From positions 39,370,001 through 39,434,000 of the forward strand of contig CM075984.1 of assembly GCA_038087875.1 (NCBI GenBank): a stretch of DNA of 64,000 bases. Direction: 5' to 3'. The translations under genes and the position numbers were made by a program. The stretch's first letter is position 1, and the number at the start of each line of letters is the position of its first letter. Below, in pieces: positions 37,801 through 50,363 of the stretch. The DNA comes from Malacoraja senta (lineage: Eukaryota). The notes below the pieces were generated by a model. It was not told the DNA's origin. It was given only the letters and a program-made list of their open reading frames with translations, and did no database searches.

Positions 37801-40800
37801 CTGTAAAAGAAAATATTATTATTATTGTGCAAAGTAGTTGATAAAAGTTAGAAAAATTGTTTCCCATCTATTTTCTGGAAAACCCTTTCAATTTTACTTT
37901 AATAAATTACTGATCTGGGAATTCTTTGAGAAATAATGTACTTCTATGTCATTAAAAATATATTAGTTCCAATATAGGAAAAGGAGAAAAAAAATTAGGA
38001 TCCAGTTACTTCATGCTCATTTCTAAATTAGAGACAAGTGTAAATAAAAATCACACAAATTCAATGACCGTAGTCTATTATTTGTTAGTAAGTAATATGT
38101 GGCATTGGTAGAACAGACTAGAGAATATACCCATGTCAGTAGTTTTTGTAATAAAATACAGCACATGTCTTAAATGTGATTTTGCAACTACAATTATATT
38201 GTAAAATAGGATTCCTCCATAACAGGCTGTCAAGCCTTCACAAAGCTTGCCCTATCCAACAACATGCTCATTAATATTTCAGTCATATTTCATCTTCATG
38301 ATTATGAATTGAGATCTATTATAGTTTGAGATATCACAAACAAGTCATTTTGTACCTGAAATGCTTACACTTTCATTAGTCTTTGGTGTATAAAGCACTT
38401 TACGGCAAATAAAAGAGCTACAACCCGAAGTGTTGCCTGTACATTCCCTCCCCAAATGCTACCTGACCCACTGTGTAGCTCCAGCGCTTTGTGTTTTGCT
38501 CAACCTTCCATCATCTGCAGTTTGTGTCTCCATGTTAACATTTCCCTTTGTTCACAGTAAAATTATGATCTTGTACATTTGAAAAGATATTCCCCAACCA
38601 CTTCAGTGAAATGAAATGGTAGGTTTGCACTGCAGTATGAGCTTTGTTAATGCACTCACCTTGTGCTGCTGCATACTTTTGTGTACATGGCCAGCATAGA
38701 TGGTAAGGCCACCCCACAAAGTGAACTGCTTTGTGAGTGACAACTAGGTCACAGGCAGTGGAACCCAAGTCTTTGTCTAGATTATCCCGATAACCTTTTG
38801 TCGGCACAAGCTATTAGAAAGTCTTCTTGCTTTTCCCAGAAGTGATCTATATAGAATTCAAATATAAGTTCAACTAGGAACACAAAGTTTAAAAAAAAAT
38901 GTAGACCAGTCACCCTATTCAAATGAATATGGGTTTACTAGATACACCTAGTGCGGCTGGCATGCCGCTTTGGGGCCTGATACCAAAGGTATCCAGCCCC
39001 ATGCTCAGCGAGTTATAGGACTCTGCTTGATGAAAAAGTCAGATAGATCCCTTTGACCTCCAGCACATTCTGTACACAAGTACTGACATCTGGAATGAAG
39101 CTCTTATTGGATCTTTATTGAGTTACCAGCTAGCCATGAGCATGATCTGGACCTGTTGATTTCTTTATGTATATTTTAAAAAAACGCCAGTGCTTAAAAG
39201 GAGATACAAATTTGTTGTTTAGTACTGTGTCTATCATTGCTATTTCCAAAATGGTCAGGACTGCTCTAAATCGTTCACACCTCACCTTCAAGTTTTCAAC
39301 ATTGCAAAAAACGTGCACAGATTTGAGGTGCAAAATAAAAACATGGTGACTGCAGCATTACAATAGAATGCACATATCAGATTTGAAACAAAAAATCTTC
39401 AAAATGCAATGTTTCTTGAGGGACAGAAATAAACAGACCATGGGATTTTTGTATCAGTGGCTTGAGTAAACTCACTCGAGATTCATTAATCACTGCGTGA
39501 TCATAGTACAAGTAAAAAAGTTGTCCTTATAATTTAAAAAGAAATTCGGAAGCTGACATACTGAAACTAATGTAACAAATTCTTGTGGCTGGACATAACA
39601 GATTAAAAATGAAGAAATTTACAAATGTATTTCTTGTTAAAAAATAACAGAACGGTTTGTCATTTGTCTTCTGAAATGAATGCGTTTCATTTACATAAAT
39701 GTATGATATGGATAAATATCATATTTTCAACTGATGAAAAGCTAAGGCATAGATGGTATATTTTAAACAGAAAACAGACTTACAACAGTAACATTTTGCA
39801 CTGCAGTAGTCTTCTAGGGAAATGTGTTTGTAAACAAATCATTATATGTAACCTATTTTTTTAAAGATAAAAACCCACATACACTAATTTTTTAACCTAA
39901 CATCACTAACCTCTCAACAATGAGCACCTTCTGAAACCTGGTATACCTCGCTCCATCAGTATAAACCCCATAAAAAAGCAAGTTAAACATGTGCAAAAAA
40001 GTCAAAAACTTAACTTGCTCACAACTGAAGATATTCCACTACTGCACTGTGCAAATACAACCATTGAGTTTCCTCTCCACTTTTATGAATTATTACTTTA
40101 GTGAGCTTTTGATGTCGTCCGTTACAATACTGTGGATGTATGGCTCTTATATCAAGTGTATATTTTCCAATTTATGGCAAAACAACTTATGGGCACCTGT
40201 AAAATGTGATCATTACGGGGAACAGCCTGTAAATATTTGCTGGTATTAGAATTAAAAGGCTTGATTATACATTTGATGCTCTGCTCATGAAATTACATCA
40301 AGTGCATTAAGGTTTGTTGATTAATTGTAAACAAAATCTTAAAATGGTATGAAGACCTCAATATAAACTCATTTATTTACATGACATATTAAATCTATCT
40401 ACAAAACTCAAATTAAAGTGAACACAAACTCATTGGGCAAATCAGAAAGATTTGTCAAAGGGGACTATTTGGCTCTTTATATCTGTGGTAGCTCTTTGAA
40501 AGATCTATCCAATTGGAATACTAAAAAATGTAATAAACTTGTTTCTTTAAAAAATACATAACCACAGAATGTAAAGCTGGATACATGTCCCCTTTTTCCA
40601 TTTCAGATTTAGTCTAATTGCATACACATTTTTCAGATTATCCTTGCTTTTTTTCCCTAATGCATACTAAATGACCCGACTGTTGGCACTCTGCCCAGAG
40701 CTCGACACCCAAACAATGAAGCAGACGCACAAACCATAATCAGGCACCAACCAACTAGCCATCATTTACAAAGCAGCTTATCCAACATGAGTAAAGGTGG

Positions 40801-43341
40801 GAATGCTCCTCTAGGTTTATTTTTAAAAAAAGGGATATTTCCAAACACGTTTATACTTCCTCATCTTAAACAAGGTACTGCACCACAAGAGATGTTTATT
40901 AACCCAATTTAATACTAAAGAAAATTTCACCCCACAATTAACCACCACGTTTAGCTATGAAGGATAAAATCACATTGTTCTTCTTCCCTTTAGGATACAA
41001 TCAACTCATCTCATCCCTCAATTCACAAGTGTGGTTTAGTTCTCTGAGCTCAACTTTGTCTCTTTCCTCGACCTATATTAAGCTGCAGTCATCCTTGCAT
41101 GCTACCTTGTCAAATATCTCATAAATGGGAAAGTCATTCTCCTGCTCCTGTACATTTAAAGTGATGACAAATCCCGCCAAACTAACTTTATCTGTCACAA
41201 AGTTGGACAGGGGCATGAAACATTCACAACCTATATGAAAACCACCAAAAATTGATGCTGCTACAAAACCAGCAAATTATGGTGAAAAATTGCAATGTAT
41301 GAAATGTTATATCAGTTACTCTATGTACAAACCCTGCGATCAGAGGTAAGGCCAAGTATCTCAATGGATATGCATGTTCCAGGCTGGATTCCTGGACATT
41401 TATCAATGCTACTGTAACAATATTACAATAATACTTATTCTCCAAAGACTGGAGTGACATGCCTTCTGTTTTCCAAATCTAGATAAACAATTGAAATACT
41501 AGGAAGTATTAATCATAAATGTTTGTGAAAAACATTTCAATTTTTAAGTACACTGCAAATATTCCAGAGAAATTACTTAAAATCTTACATATGGAATAGT
41601 CCAAACATCTGACCTTAAACAGTATTAAAATTTGACGAAATCTTTATCTTTAACTATCAGAGCCATAATACAGGACCATCTAAGCAACAACAATTCAAAA
41701 CAGCCATAGCTGTAAGGCTACCGTCAATACACCAATGATTGCAGCTTATCAATCTGTTCAAAAGAGTATCTAACATTCCATACAATGTCGTTCAGGTGCA
41801 GTTGATATCTCTTCGGACATATTAAAAGTTTAAAAATCTGAAGTGAACGGTGACCGAAAGTAATTGGAATCGAGTTGCTCACTGGCTGAACATGCTTCGT
41901 TTCCAGGCCGACGCTTCCAAAGAAGCACGTGTGTGTGTGTTTACTTTTGGGCAGAATACGCCAGCGACCGGGTGTGGTGGTCACCTAATGCGAAAATGCA
42001 ACTTTCAGCGAACAAGCTCAGGAAATGATAACAAATGCAGTCAATTACGATTCCCATTTTATACTGGAACCTGATTATGAAGTGCTTACTCTCACAAACG
42101 CAATATGCTGGGATTTAAAACTATTTATGTGCAACAATAGTTTGTCAATACAAAAGAGGGAAATTATCTTACTATATTATGTTCATCGCGTTCAAATTTG
42201 CTCAATAAATGTAGCTCCACGTTTTAAAAAGCTGAATTGAATGAATTGCAAAGAGAATAATACAAGGCGATGAAACCACTACTCTCCCCAAACACGTGGT
42301 GACTTTTGTTTTCAAACCAGAATGGCAGGGTACAAGCCTACAACCTGATTTCTCGAGACCCCAAATTACAAAGAAATGGGCGTTCAGTGAAAAAAGGACA
42401 TTCAAATTATGTTATATTTGTGCTTACATGCTTGTAGGAAAATTACACATTTTGATCGATACTATAAAAAGGAGACCAGTCGTAGTAATAAATCAGTACC
42501 GTCGTTATTTCAGCCGTATTGAAGCTTTCTCATTAAAAAAAACTATTTAATATGGGCAAACTATGGGTGAAAAACTCCCAACTTTGACACGACATGCCTT
42601 TGCTGGGAATTGAGAAAACACATGGCATAATCGGATAATTAATAAATACAACCCACTTGTCGTTTTATCAGATCACTGTTGTAATGACCAATGTTGTAAT
42701 GGCCAAAAAAATCGCTCAAACAGGACACTTTTATAGAGATAAAAACACATGGTTGGTGTACCAGTGCAGGCCTCTGTAGCAATGCAAGTTAAATCTTCCC
42801 TACCTCGAGAAGGAAAAAACATGTTTACCCCAAACATCAACAGCCAACTACACAACTCTACTCTAACTGTTGCTCTTTAAGATTTCTCAGTCACGTTTAC
42901 ACAAAAAAGCATGCTGAGTGGAGCTTTTCTCCCATAATACAGCAAACGGTGGCTGCACTGTAAAGGCAATATATGAGCACGAACGTTGGGGGGGAGGCGG
43001 AAACAACGCCACTTGCACTCGACCAAAGTCAAAACAAACACACGCACACATTTACTACTGAACTTGCACCATCTGCATCGCCCAGATATTAAATAATTGA
43101 ATTCTGCTGTAGTTAGTGGCAAACAGTGCAGGCATCTGGTGCAATGCACAACCCCTTCCTTGTAGAGTTCAATAGAGATAGGAGGGGAAATAACAGGCTG
43201 AAAACAGAGAAAGCACAATGTTCGGAATATAATTGTACTGATCTGTTTTCACCTCTCTGTTCCTTCAGCAAGAAATAAAAAGGCCCTTGCCGTTGCGATT
43301 TTTTTGCCTGTTTTTTTTTTTTTGCATCGTTGAGCACTCAC

Positions 43342-43483
43342 CGCAGACACAGCAGGAAAGGGACTGGCGCAGGTAAGGCAGCAGTTTGTAAAGCTCGGGA
43401 AACGAGCCTGGATCCTGCGGCTCGCATTGCATGATGTACCGGCATGTCGAAACGTACAGGCTGGTGGCGTTCACCGGATTCAT
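43342..43483 (-). CDS. MSL2: MSL2 coding exon 1
   Basis: Kozak gccgccATG; MNPVNATSLYVSTCRYIMQCEPQDPGSFPELYKLLPYLRQSLSCCVC(G); G|gtgagt donor; 142 bp, phase 1; spliced product about 590 aa. Confidence 0.96.
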
Positions 43484-44256
43484 GGCGGCGTCCGAGCAGC
43501 GGCCGGGGAGGCCGCTGCGTTGTTGTTGTTGCTGCTGCCGCCTCCTCCGCCGCCGAGCGCCTTTCCGATCGCTTTTACTCCGATGCCCGGTTACCGCGGC
43601 TTCGCCAATGTCCATTTATAACAGAGCTGGGTGTCAGCGGACGATGCCGCTGCCGCGACCTGGTCTCCGGCGGCTCGGCTCCTCTCCCAGAGCCATCACT
43701 ACACGGCGGCCGCGGCGGCTGTGGTTGTGAGTTGGAGCCGACTAGCCGCGAACGGCGCCTCCATCCGAGCCGCTCCGTCCCTCTGGCGATCCGCTGGGCT
43801 CGAGCCTCCGGCGCCCGCCTCTCGCCATTCGCGAGGACTCGCCTCCCGCTCGGCCCCCGGTCTCTCTCTCTCGCCCCCTCCTCCTCCTCGGAGCGGCGGT
43901 GGCGGCCGCTGCCTTCTCTATCCGCGGGAGGGAAAGGATGGGGAGAAGGAGGGAGAGAGAAGAGGAGGGGGAGGGGGGGGGGGTGGGGGAAGGAAGGAAC
44001 GAGCGTGCGAACCGAAGGAAAGCTCAGCCCCTCGCAACCCGCCCCGACATGGCCACCATTACCCTCACCCCGCGGCGGCTCTCCTGCCTTCCTTCCCACC
44101 GCGGACTGCCCGCTGACGGTTACAGCCCGCCCCCTGTTTAAACGCTGCCCGGGTTCGGAGGAGGAGCGCGAGGGGCGACGAGATTTTTGTTTCAAATGGT
44201 GGAAACGTTCGGTTTTAAAAAGAGAGGAAAAAAAAACGGAAAGAGCTCGAACGCCG

Positions 44257-44266
44257 GTCACGTGAC
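44257..44266. promoter_or_regulatory. Palindromic E-box (GTCACGTGAC; USF/TFEB CLEAR-type)
   Basis: Exact 10-bp palindrome within the promoter island. Confidence 0.55.
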
Positions 44267-44642
44267 TGGAAGAAAAAAGAAGGTAACGAAGCGCCTTTCC
44301 CAATGCCTGATCCGTTTCATCCTTGCGAAAATAAACACACGTTGATTTTCCCCGCCCCCCATGACATTAATATCCTTTCTTTTTATGAAGACGCATGCAA
44401 AATAAATATCATCGATTGAAGTTTTTTTTATTTGCCAACTTTGGCCCTCGTGAAACCCTTGATTTGCAAGCATTTCTCCTTGTCTGCGTTCGCATTGCTT
44501 TTTGCGTGGTGCGTGTCTGAGCAGACGGGCGGGTGACTCCCTTTTTATAGGGGGGGTTGGGTGGATGCGCACCGTCCTTTAGCCAATGACAAAAGCGTCG
44601 GTGGAGGTCCTTCGTGAACGGGGCTGGAGCTCCCCGCGGGTT

Positions 44643-44660
44643 CTGCTGGGATTTGTAGTT
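44643..44660 (-). promoter_or_regulatory. ZNF143/THAP11 (ACTACAnnTCCCA) motif
   Basis: Minus strand aactacaaatcccagcag. Confidence 0.8.
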
Positions 44661-44709
44661 CTTCACTCGCCCCATCATGGCGGACGTATCATCGCGCCTG
44701 TTTACTGCG

Positions 44710-44727
44710 AACTACAACTCCCAGCAG
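44710..44727 (+). promoter_or_regulatory. ZNF143/THAP11 (ACTACAnnTCCCA) motif
   Basis: aactacaactcccagcag. Confidence 0.8.
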
Positions 44728-44943
44728 TCATACCGCATTAATTTTAGCCGTTTCCATTGCGTCTGCTCGATCCGCCAACCATGTCGACGTGTTCGAACCC
44801 GAACCCTCGTACATGATTGGTCGAAAGCTGCGCCGGCGTAGCATTTCCCGAATCCGATTGGTTACTCCGGCCGTCGATCATGCAGGGTGGACCGCGGGCT
44901 GAGCTGCCTGGTTCGCGCAAAGCTCGAACCCCCATTCGGGATC

Positions 44944-45162
44944 ATGGCGGCTGGACTGTCAGTGTTGTGTTGTTCCCGCTCGCTTACCCGTGTGCTGCGG
45001 GTGAGCAAATACACATCTCTTTCTGCGAGCGTTAGAGTTGCCAAGGAGCCGAGGCAATGGTACTCAGTCGGCAACTTGACCGTGCAGGAGAGAATCGAGA
45101 GGAAGTCTCAAAGGGCGATGCTAGGAGGAGGTCAACACAGGATAGATGCCCAACACAAGAAG
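44944..45162 (+). CDS. PCCB: Propionyl-CoA carboxylase beta chain, exon 1 (mitochondrial presequence)
   Basis: atcATGG Kozak; R/S/L-rich presequence, then VQERIERKSQRAMLGGGQHRIDAQHKK; AG|gtacgt; 219 bp. Confidence 0.95.
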
Positions 45163-45477
45163 GTACGTTTGAGACATCGTCTGTATTAACAAAAAGCCTT
45201 TACGACGACTCTGGCATATGTTTAATTATTACCTTCCTTTTCTAAACGTTCTGTTTATTTTCGATTATGTCCTTGGTCTAGTAGGTACCCTTTCTGGTGC
45301 CAGACTGGGAGGCATTAATTGATGACATTTGTCACTTATGTTATCAGTCATTTGGTGGGTATTGCGACGATCGCTTACATTTTCCAGGGGTGAGATCTTA
45401 TATTTGGTGGTGCTGCTTAAAGGCATTTTGTAACAATTATGTGAGACTTCCAAATAACAAAAATAACGCTAGAAATT

Positions 45478-45612
45478 GTCAGCAAGTCAGGCAGCATCTG
45501 TGGAGCACGAAAATATAACGTTTGATGACCGTGACTCCACCCGAAACGTTACCTATCCTTGTTCTCCGGGGATGCCGCCTGACCTGCTGAGTTACTCCAG
45601 CACTTTGTGTCC
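45478..45612. mobile_element. Inverted Penelope-terminus fragments
   Basis: cagcaagtcaggcagcatc ... gatgccgcctgacctgctg; partial cccgaaacgttacc hammerhead half. Confidence 0.7.
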
Positions 45613-46597
45613 TTGTACGCTTCCTGCCAATCAACCTTCATCGGAATTTTGCAACTTCCTCACTATTAAACACATAATTTAATTTCTCAGCACGTTAATG
45701 ATGAACACATAATGGTGTATTGCCAGATTTTATTAACGTTCCTTGTGTTTATTTGCATTAGCGTTCAAATATATCTTGAATTTGCGAATTTTGTCAACAT
45801 TGGGTCATTAGGCGATCGTTACTTGTATTAATTGGAGACAGACAATTTATTGGAGACTGGCATTTTATGTATAAAATCTACACTTTTTAAAAACATTGTT
45901 TCTTAAGGAAGGGCATGAAACCGATGATACTGATTAATGTTAAATATTACTAGATATTACATTTTCAATTCAAATTTATATACAACCAGCCAGCTTGTTT
46001 TGCAAAAGTGAGAATGCATATGTTCCACTTACAAAAATGAATTGGGTGCTCCTTCCACTGTTTTGCTATATGGAATACCAAGTTTCCTTCACATGGGATA
46101 TATTGTATCAAATTGATTTCAACATTTTTGGATTCAAAAATATTCAATTTTCTGTAAGTATTTAAGTGATATACCAACGCGAAGGAGTTCAAATTTCCAG
46201 ATGTTATTTAAAATAACGTTTTTCTTGGTATTATGCCAGATAACTGTTTTTAGATACTAGTTTTTTGATGGATGTTTTAATGGCCAGTTGTTTGAGGGGA
46301 AAAAACAAATAACTATTGAGTCTTAACTGTGGTGAAAAGTAAATGTCAACGTATATGCCTCACTGGAGAAATGTTTTGATAAACTAGATAGCATTTACTC
46401 ATCTTTTTTCATTATTTTGTGATGTAACAAACTGATGGGTAATAACTAGAAGTGCACACATTTGTTACCATGCTGTGGAGGAATTTGCTCATTTTTAAAA
46501 TTATTTTTTCAGTTCTGGATTTCTGTCAGGAACATTATTAGGACAATGGTGAACCCATTCGTAAATTTCTCCTGTCAAAGTGAAGCTTAATGCATGT

Positions 46598-47050
46598 CGG
46601 AAGAACGGAACCTCATGTTCCACTTGTGTAGCCTAATGGGGCGCACACACCTCTCCCGTTAGCCCTGTCATCTTGTTCTTTTCCCATCCTCCAGTTGATA
46701 ATCCCCACTTCCCTTCATTTGACTTTATATTTCATTCCTCTTCCTCTTTCCTTAGCAGACACTCCCTTGTCTCCTTCTCACCTCTCGCCTTTGCTACTAC
46801 TATCTCCACCCATTTGCCAATTCCCCCCCGCTCTCCCTTCTCTCGCACCTTACCTGTATTCACCTTATTACTCGGCAGGTATTACCACACACCTGCCTTT
46901 CTTTTCAGAATGCTCCCTCCCTACTCCGTCAGTCTGAAGATGGATACTGACCTGAAATGTCGTCTGTCTACTCCCTCCACAGGTGTTGTTTGACCTATTG
47001 AAATCCGTCAGCACCTTGTTTTTTCCACATGATTCCAGTTCTGCAGTTTC
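46598..47050 (+). mobile_element. Old Penelope-like 3' end with degenerate hammerhead
   Basis: ggaagaacggaacctcatgttccactt (cf. EEMHLIFRL), pyrimidine-rich tract, agtctgaaga..cctgaaatgtc, then terminus. Confidence 0.65.
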
Positions 47051-47854
47051 TCCTGTCATATTCATATGAGCTATCACCCATCTTATCATAAATTCAGAAA
47101 AACTATGTTCTGGCCAAGTATTAACAATTTGTATGGCTGAGATAAAGTAGGTATTAGCATTACCGCAATCATTAAATAGAAACAAAATGTAGCTTATTGC
47201 TTCCATTGTTTCCATATCATGGTCTCTAATTCAACACCTGGTTTATTTTTTGAAATACTGTTTCCTTTAGATTGTTTCTGCAAAGGGGAAAAATCTACTA
47301 ATTGTAGAAATCCTCAAATAAAAGCAGAAAACTCTGGAAGTGCTCGGCACGTTATGTGACCTCTGAAGAGTGGAACAGAGTTGATGTTCCAGGTTGCTGA
47401 CCTTTCATCTAAAGGTCAGATGTGCTTCTAAAAGACCAGGGATTTGAAACATCAACTCTTTTACACTTCTCACAGATAAGTACTTCTTGCTTTTTATCCT
47501 TTAAATTGCTTGCTTTGGTTTTGTCAAAATGAATCAACTTTTTATTAATAGATTTAAGTGGCTGCAAATCAATTTTAATGTGTAAAGTAACCATTGGCCT
47601 GAAAGAATCAATAATGCAAAAACATGTTAAGTTCACTCATTTATGATTGGGCAAGTAAACTTTAGATGCAAATGCAGTACTTCAAGGGTTAATTAGTTCA
47701 CCATGTGTATATCCTTGTGGCTCAAAGTTCTTTAGCTGTGAACCACTCACAACTAACAGAAGGATTTAAAAATTCACAATTTCAGGACTTGACATCTTAC
47801 AAATGAGATTTTTTTTAAATTGCGTTTTTTCAAAAAAGCTGACAGCTTTTTCTT

Positions 47855-47953
47855 AAGATAGACACAAAATGCTGGAGTAACTCAGTGGGACAGGCAGCAT
47901 CTCTGGAGAGAAGGAATAGGTGATGTTTCGGGTCGAAACCCTTACTCAGACTG
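47855..47953 (-). mobile_element. Penelope-derived short repeat, hammerhead core mutated (CTGAGTA)
   Basis: Same family as 17281 and 61964. Confidence 0.75.
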
Positions 47954-48699
47954 CCATTTATTGACAATAGCTGTATGTTCAACACGTAATTCCATAATCT
48001 TCAAACTCCAGGACCTAGGACTCATCACTCCCTCTGCTTTAGGGGGATTTATTAATTATTTTTTTGGTTCTGGATTGCTTTATCAATGTATTCCTTTTGC
48101 AATTATCTGACAATTTCTTATTTCCTCTCTGGGCTTGTAATGCATTAAAAAGTCTGTACTCTACTCTTCAGAAATTTGGATGAGAAATGAATTTATTAAT
48201 GTCCTCTTGGCGGGCTTGATGGCGCCTAACCCAGGCGACTCTTTGTGAACGGCTTGATTGTAATCATGTATTAACTTTCCGCTGACTGGTTAGCACACAA
48301 CAAAAGCTTTTCACTGTAGCTTGGTACACGTGACAATAATCTAAACTGAACTGAACATGTAGGTAGCATACAAAGCAGTGTGTGAGAGAGCGATGTGTTG
48401 TTTGGGCACCACTGCCTGATCATTGGTGTGCTCTGATGTAATCCTTGATTTATGCAGACGATCATTGGGGCTGCACTACGGACTATAATTTTGTGGGTTC
48501 GTTGTTAGAAATAAACTGAGAGGTCTCATCTCATACATGCATTATCATGTGAGCTGGGAAACAAGGCAATGGGGACTGATACTGAAAGTCTTAATTACTG
48601 GTCTTTCTCTTGCTTTTCATTAGGCTCTGTATCATGACCTTGGGCTCTGGATCTCGCTTGCTCTCTGTCCGGTGTCTTTGATTGGCTAGATCAAGCAGC

Positions 48700-49260
48700 A
48701 TATAACCACCCTGCGAATTCTGCAGGGTATTCTGGAACTGATGTAAGCAGCGGCTTCTCATTTTGGAAGACCAATGGTGTTTTTGTTTTCAACAACAATT
48801 CTGGTCATTGTGTGTTTCTCATTATATCTGCTCGATTATTATGATTCTAAGTTGCACTAAAGTGAGTAGTCAAGGTAGTCCTGAGTAACCAAGGTAGTCC
48901 AGAGTAACCACAGTCCCCCAGGATGTATCTTTTAAGGCTGTCTTGGTTACTGAATATGTCTAGCAGTTCAGTCCACTTGAGTGTGAAGGTGACGTGTGTT
49001 CTTTGTGGAAGCATGGCATTGTTCATGATCCATGCCCACCTAATGATAAAGGCATTGGAAATGTTTCTTGTTGATGAAAAGAACTGGATCATTAATGGGA
49101 TTCCTTCAGTGGCATACAAATACAATTTGTAGCTTTCTGCACATGTTCGAAGACAGAAATAGTGGGTAATCTTAATGGCAAGGGGTGACACCTGTTTCTT
49201 AGCTGAAATATACAGTTCATGGATCACCTCTTCTGATGCAGTGGTAAGCAGCAAATTGAG
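48700..49260 (-). pseudogene. Decayed PIF/Harbinger transposase fragment
   Basis: YILGDCGYSGLPWLL resembles the Harbinger GDxGY..PWL motif; downstream frameshifted NTIGL.KMRSRCL resembles ERTIGLLKMRFRCL. Confidence 0.6.
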
Positions 49261-50363
49261 AAAAATTGAGATCTGCTGCAGTCACCTTGAAAGATCCCGT
49301 GTGCTGCAAACCTGCAAACACCCGAGTATGCATATCCATTGTATAACATCGTGCTGGAGGAACTCAGTGGGTCAGGCAGCAATTGTGCAAACTGTTTGAG
49401 TTACAGTATGAATAGTTCTCTGGAATGGAACCAAGACCATGGATGTGGTCCTGTATTTAAAAATCCTCTATTCTAATAGCAACAAATGCTGTTTGCCATT
49501 GTTGTAATCGCATTTTAAGAATAATAAATTCTGGTTAAAAATTACTGTTATATAATTTAGCATCTTTGTTGTTAATTCAATCGAATAAATCCTTGGGTGC
49601 AGGTGAGTTAGTGAGAATTTTGGATCACCATTTTCTGGAGCTTTATTATTCAGCTGCCGGTTTGCATTTTTATCAGGATGCATCCCAGCTTGGTTTGGGA
49701 TCAGCTCCATCCAACACTGCAAATAATTGCAGAGAGTTGTGAACGTAGGCCAGACCATCGAGCAAACCAATCTGCTTCCATTGACTCCATCTCCACTTCA
49801 CGCTGCCTCAGCGACAATTTCTTCCCTAATGTTATCAGGCAACTAAACTGTCCTCTCATCAGCTAGAGTGCAATCCTGACCTTTCATCTGCCTCTTTGGA
49901 GGCAACTATATTTAATCGGACGTTATCTTGCACTAAATGTTGTATCCTTTATCTGCACTGTGGACGGCTTGATTGTAATCATGTATAGTCTTTTTTACAG
50001 GATAGCAGACAAACAAAAGCTTCTCGCTGTACCTCGATATACGTACAATAATAAACTAAACTAAAACATTGCTCTTATAGAATTAAACCTCCAGTCAAAT
50101 AAATATCTCGTACATTTAATAGAATTTTAATTTTGTATATTTCTGCCTCTTGATAACTAATACATTGTCTTTTTAGTAGTTTAATTTATTTTGAAAAACT
50201 GAAGGAAGACTCTTCAAAAATGTTGGAGCATAAGAAACCGAAGCAGGAGTAGGCCATACAGCCCCTCATTCCTAAAGATTGAAGCTGATCTTTCTACTCT
50301 TTCCTGCCCTAATCTCACAAACCTTGATTTCTTAATATCTAAAAAACCTGACATTCTGTCATG

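Larger units (their letters stand above)
43400..45200. promoter_or_regulatory. CpG island / bidirectional promoter of MSL2 and PCCB
   Basis: Sharp rise in GC and CpG spanning both first exons; start codons 1460 bp apart, head-to-head. Confidence 0.9.

Noticed and set aside
37801-37867. N-terminus MGNNFSNF... of the 565-aa MSL2 ORF
   Set aside because: Intronic read-through; the acceptor is at 37801/37800 and the real start is in exon 1 at 43483
43431-44303. Long overlapping ORFs (273, 242, 161 aa) on both strands
   Set aside because: Low stop-codon frequency in a CpG island; low-complexity translations; some begin at non-ATG codons
44677-44841. Upstream ATG with the same atcATGgcgg context and frame as the PCCB start
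   Set aside because: Terminates at a TAG before PCCB and probably lies upstream of the TSS; better explained as a YY1-like site
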